A stretch of DNA of 15,411 bases from a virus (Duplodnaviria; Heunggongvirae; Uroviricota; Caudoviricetes), in IMG/VR virus record IMGVR_UViG_2802429249_000004, positions 1 through 15,411 of that record. One strand, given 5' to 3'. Shown here one piece after another: positions 14,482 to 15,411 of this stretch. The number at the start of each line of letters is the position of its first letter. Position 1 is the first letter of the stretch. A program made the translations under genes and the position numbers. The notes beneath the pieces are model-generated. The model did not search any database. It was not told where the DNA came from and saw nothing but the letters and a program-made list of their open reading frames with translations.

Positions 14482-15411
14482 ATGCCTATTCCAGCGAAGG
14501 ACAATTTGCTAAAAAGAATCCTGTCTGTAGATAATGCAACTCAACTACCAGCACTTATCGATAAAGATGTTATGCAGGAACAACACAATATCACAGCTAA
14601 TCTTCTGAGAAAAGGCTTAGGTATAGTAGCATTTAATATTCTGGAAGATTTTATAAAATCCAGAACTATAGAAATGTTTGATTTTATATCTAATGCACGT
14701 GTGAGATTCGAGCAGTTACCCGATTCTTTTAGAATTGCAGCAACAAATGGTGCATTAAGAGGATTAGTATATCAGGCTGGATTAGAAAAGAAAAATAATG
14801 GAGATTGGTTGGCACTAATACATTCTGAGGCCAAAAGTATTTTTTCAACGTCGCAATTTCCTTATACATTATCTCGAGTATCACTTCTTTCAGATGGTTC
14901 TAATGTTGGACATGATGATATACCAGAAGTAATGAAGTGTCTTGATATAACTGGTGGGTGGAAGACATTACAAAAAATATCGAACGATATTGGTGGTGGT
15001 ACATTAGATCTGAATGCTGCTTATAAAAATATGTTTTTCGATAGAAATAGATGTGCTCATGAAGCAGGTTTTAATTATCCATATACCTCTCTCGATAATT
15101 CTTTAAATGACATTGTTACTATTGCTTCTGCATTTGACATAGCGTTAACTACTCGTTGCAGGTATATAGAAAAACAACCTAATTTACCGCTTTCAGCTCA
15201 TAAAGAAAAAGATCCGTTTTCATATCGGTTTTTAATCGCTGATGGAGATGTTTTTCGAGAGAAAAAATCATTAGAACCTGGTGCGAAAACAATAAAAAAA
15301 TGGAGTAATATCTCTGATGCACAATCTAATTTAATTCCTAAGCTAAGACTCCGCGATGAGTTTTTGATTTATATAGGAAAACAGAGAAGGCTTAGTGATT
15401 GGTATTTGTGA
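14482..15411 (+). CDS. Hypothetical protein, operon partner of the DUF262 protein; weak HEPN-like R-x4-H motif
   Basis: 309 aa. ATG lies 1 nt after the upstream TAA, so the two are tightly coupled. Same AT-rich composition. Motif RNRCAH at aa 188-193. Stop TGA falls at the window end. Confidence 0.7.
   Translation: MPIPAKDNLLKRILSVDNATQLPALIDKDVMQEQHNITANLLRKGLGIVAFNILEDFIKSRTIEMFDFISNARVRFEQLPDSFRIAATNGALRGLVYQAGLEKKNNGDWLALIHSEAKSIFSTSQFPYTLSRVSLLSDGSNVGHDDIPEVMKCLDITGGWKTLQKISNDIGGGTLDLNAAYKNMFFDRNRCAHEAGFNYPYTSLDNSLNDIVTIASAFDIALTTRCRYIEKQPNLPLSAHKEKDPFSYRFLIADGDVFREKKSLEPGAKTIKKWSNISDAQSNLIPKLRLRDEFLIYIGKQRRLSDWYL

Larger units (their letters stand above)
1..15411. mobile_element. Integrase-associated integrative element (P4-like satellite / PICI-like architecture: int - alpA - primase - iterons - accessory cargo); ends not in window
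   Basis: Gene order and content: tyrosine integrase at the 5' edge, AlpA regulator, P4 alpha-like primase/helicase with adjacent iterons, and AT-rich cargo blocks alternating with a roughly 50% GC backbone (by eye). No att repeats or flanking tRNA can be seen inside the window. Confidence 0.6.

Overview
The window reads as one mosaic integrative mobile element of the P4-integrase / AlpA / P4-alpha-primase type (satellite- or PICI-like), with its boundaries outside the window. Core modules on the + strand: a tyrosine integrase (1-1215), an AlpA-type regulator, an AntA-like antirepressor, a divergent small regulator with dyad operators, a tightly coupled operon of six small proteins feeding into a P4 alpha-like primase/helicase, a downstream iteron cluster (putative ori), a ProQ/FinO-domain RNA chaperone with a PerC-like regulator, and an HTH protein followed by a degenerate tandem repeat array. 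Three visibly AT-rich cargo blocks interrupt this backbone (GC judged by eye, not computed): an orphan 302-aa ORF directly after the integrase (1246-2154), a lipoprotein plus membrane-protein module (9287-11100), and a two-gene operon at the distal end (13425-15411) encoding a DUF262/ParB-like protein (DGKQR motif) and an unassigned 309-aa partner. That last pair is my best candidate for an undescribed anti-phage system. No rRNA, tRNA, CRISPR array or transposase was recognised. All family assignments rest on remembered motifs, not on searches.
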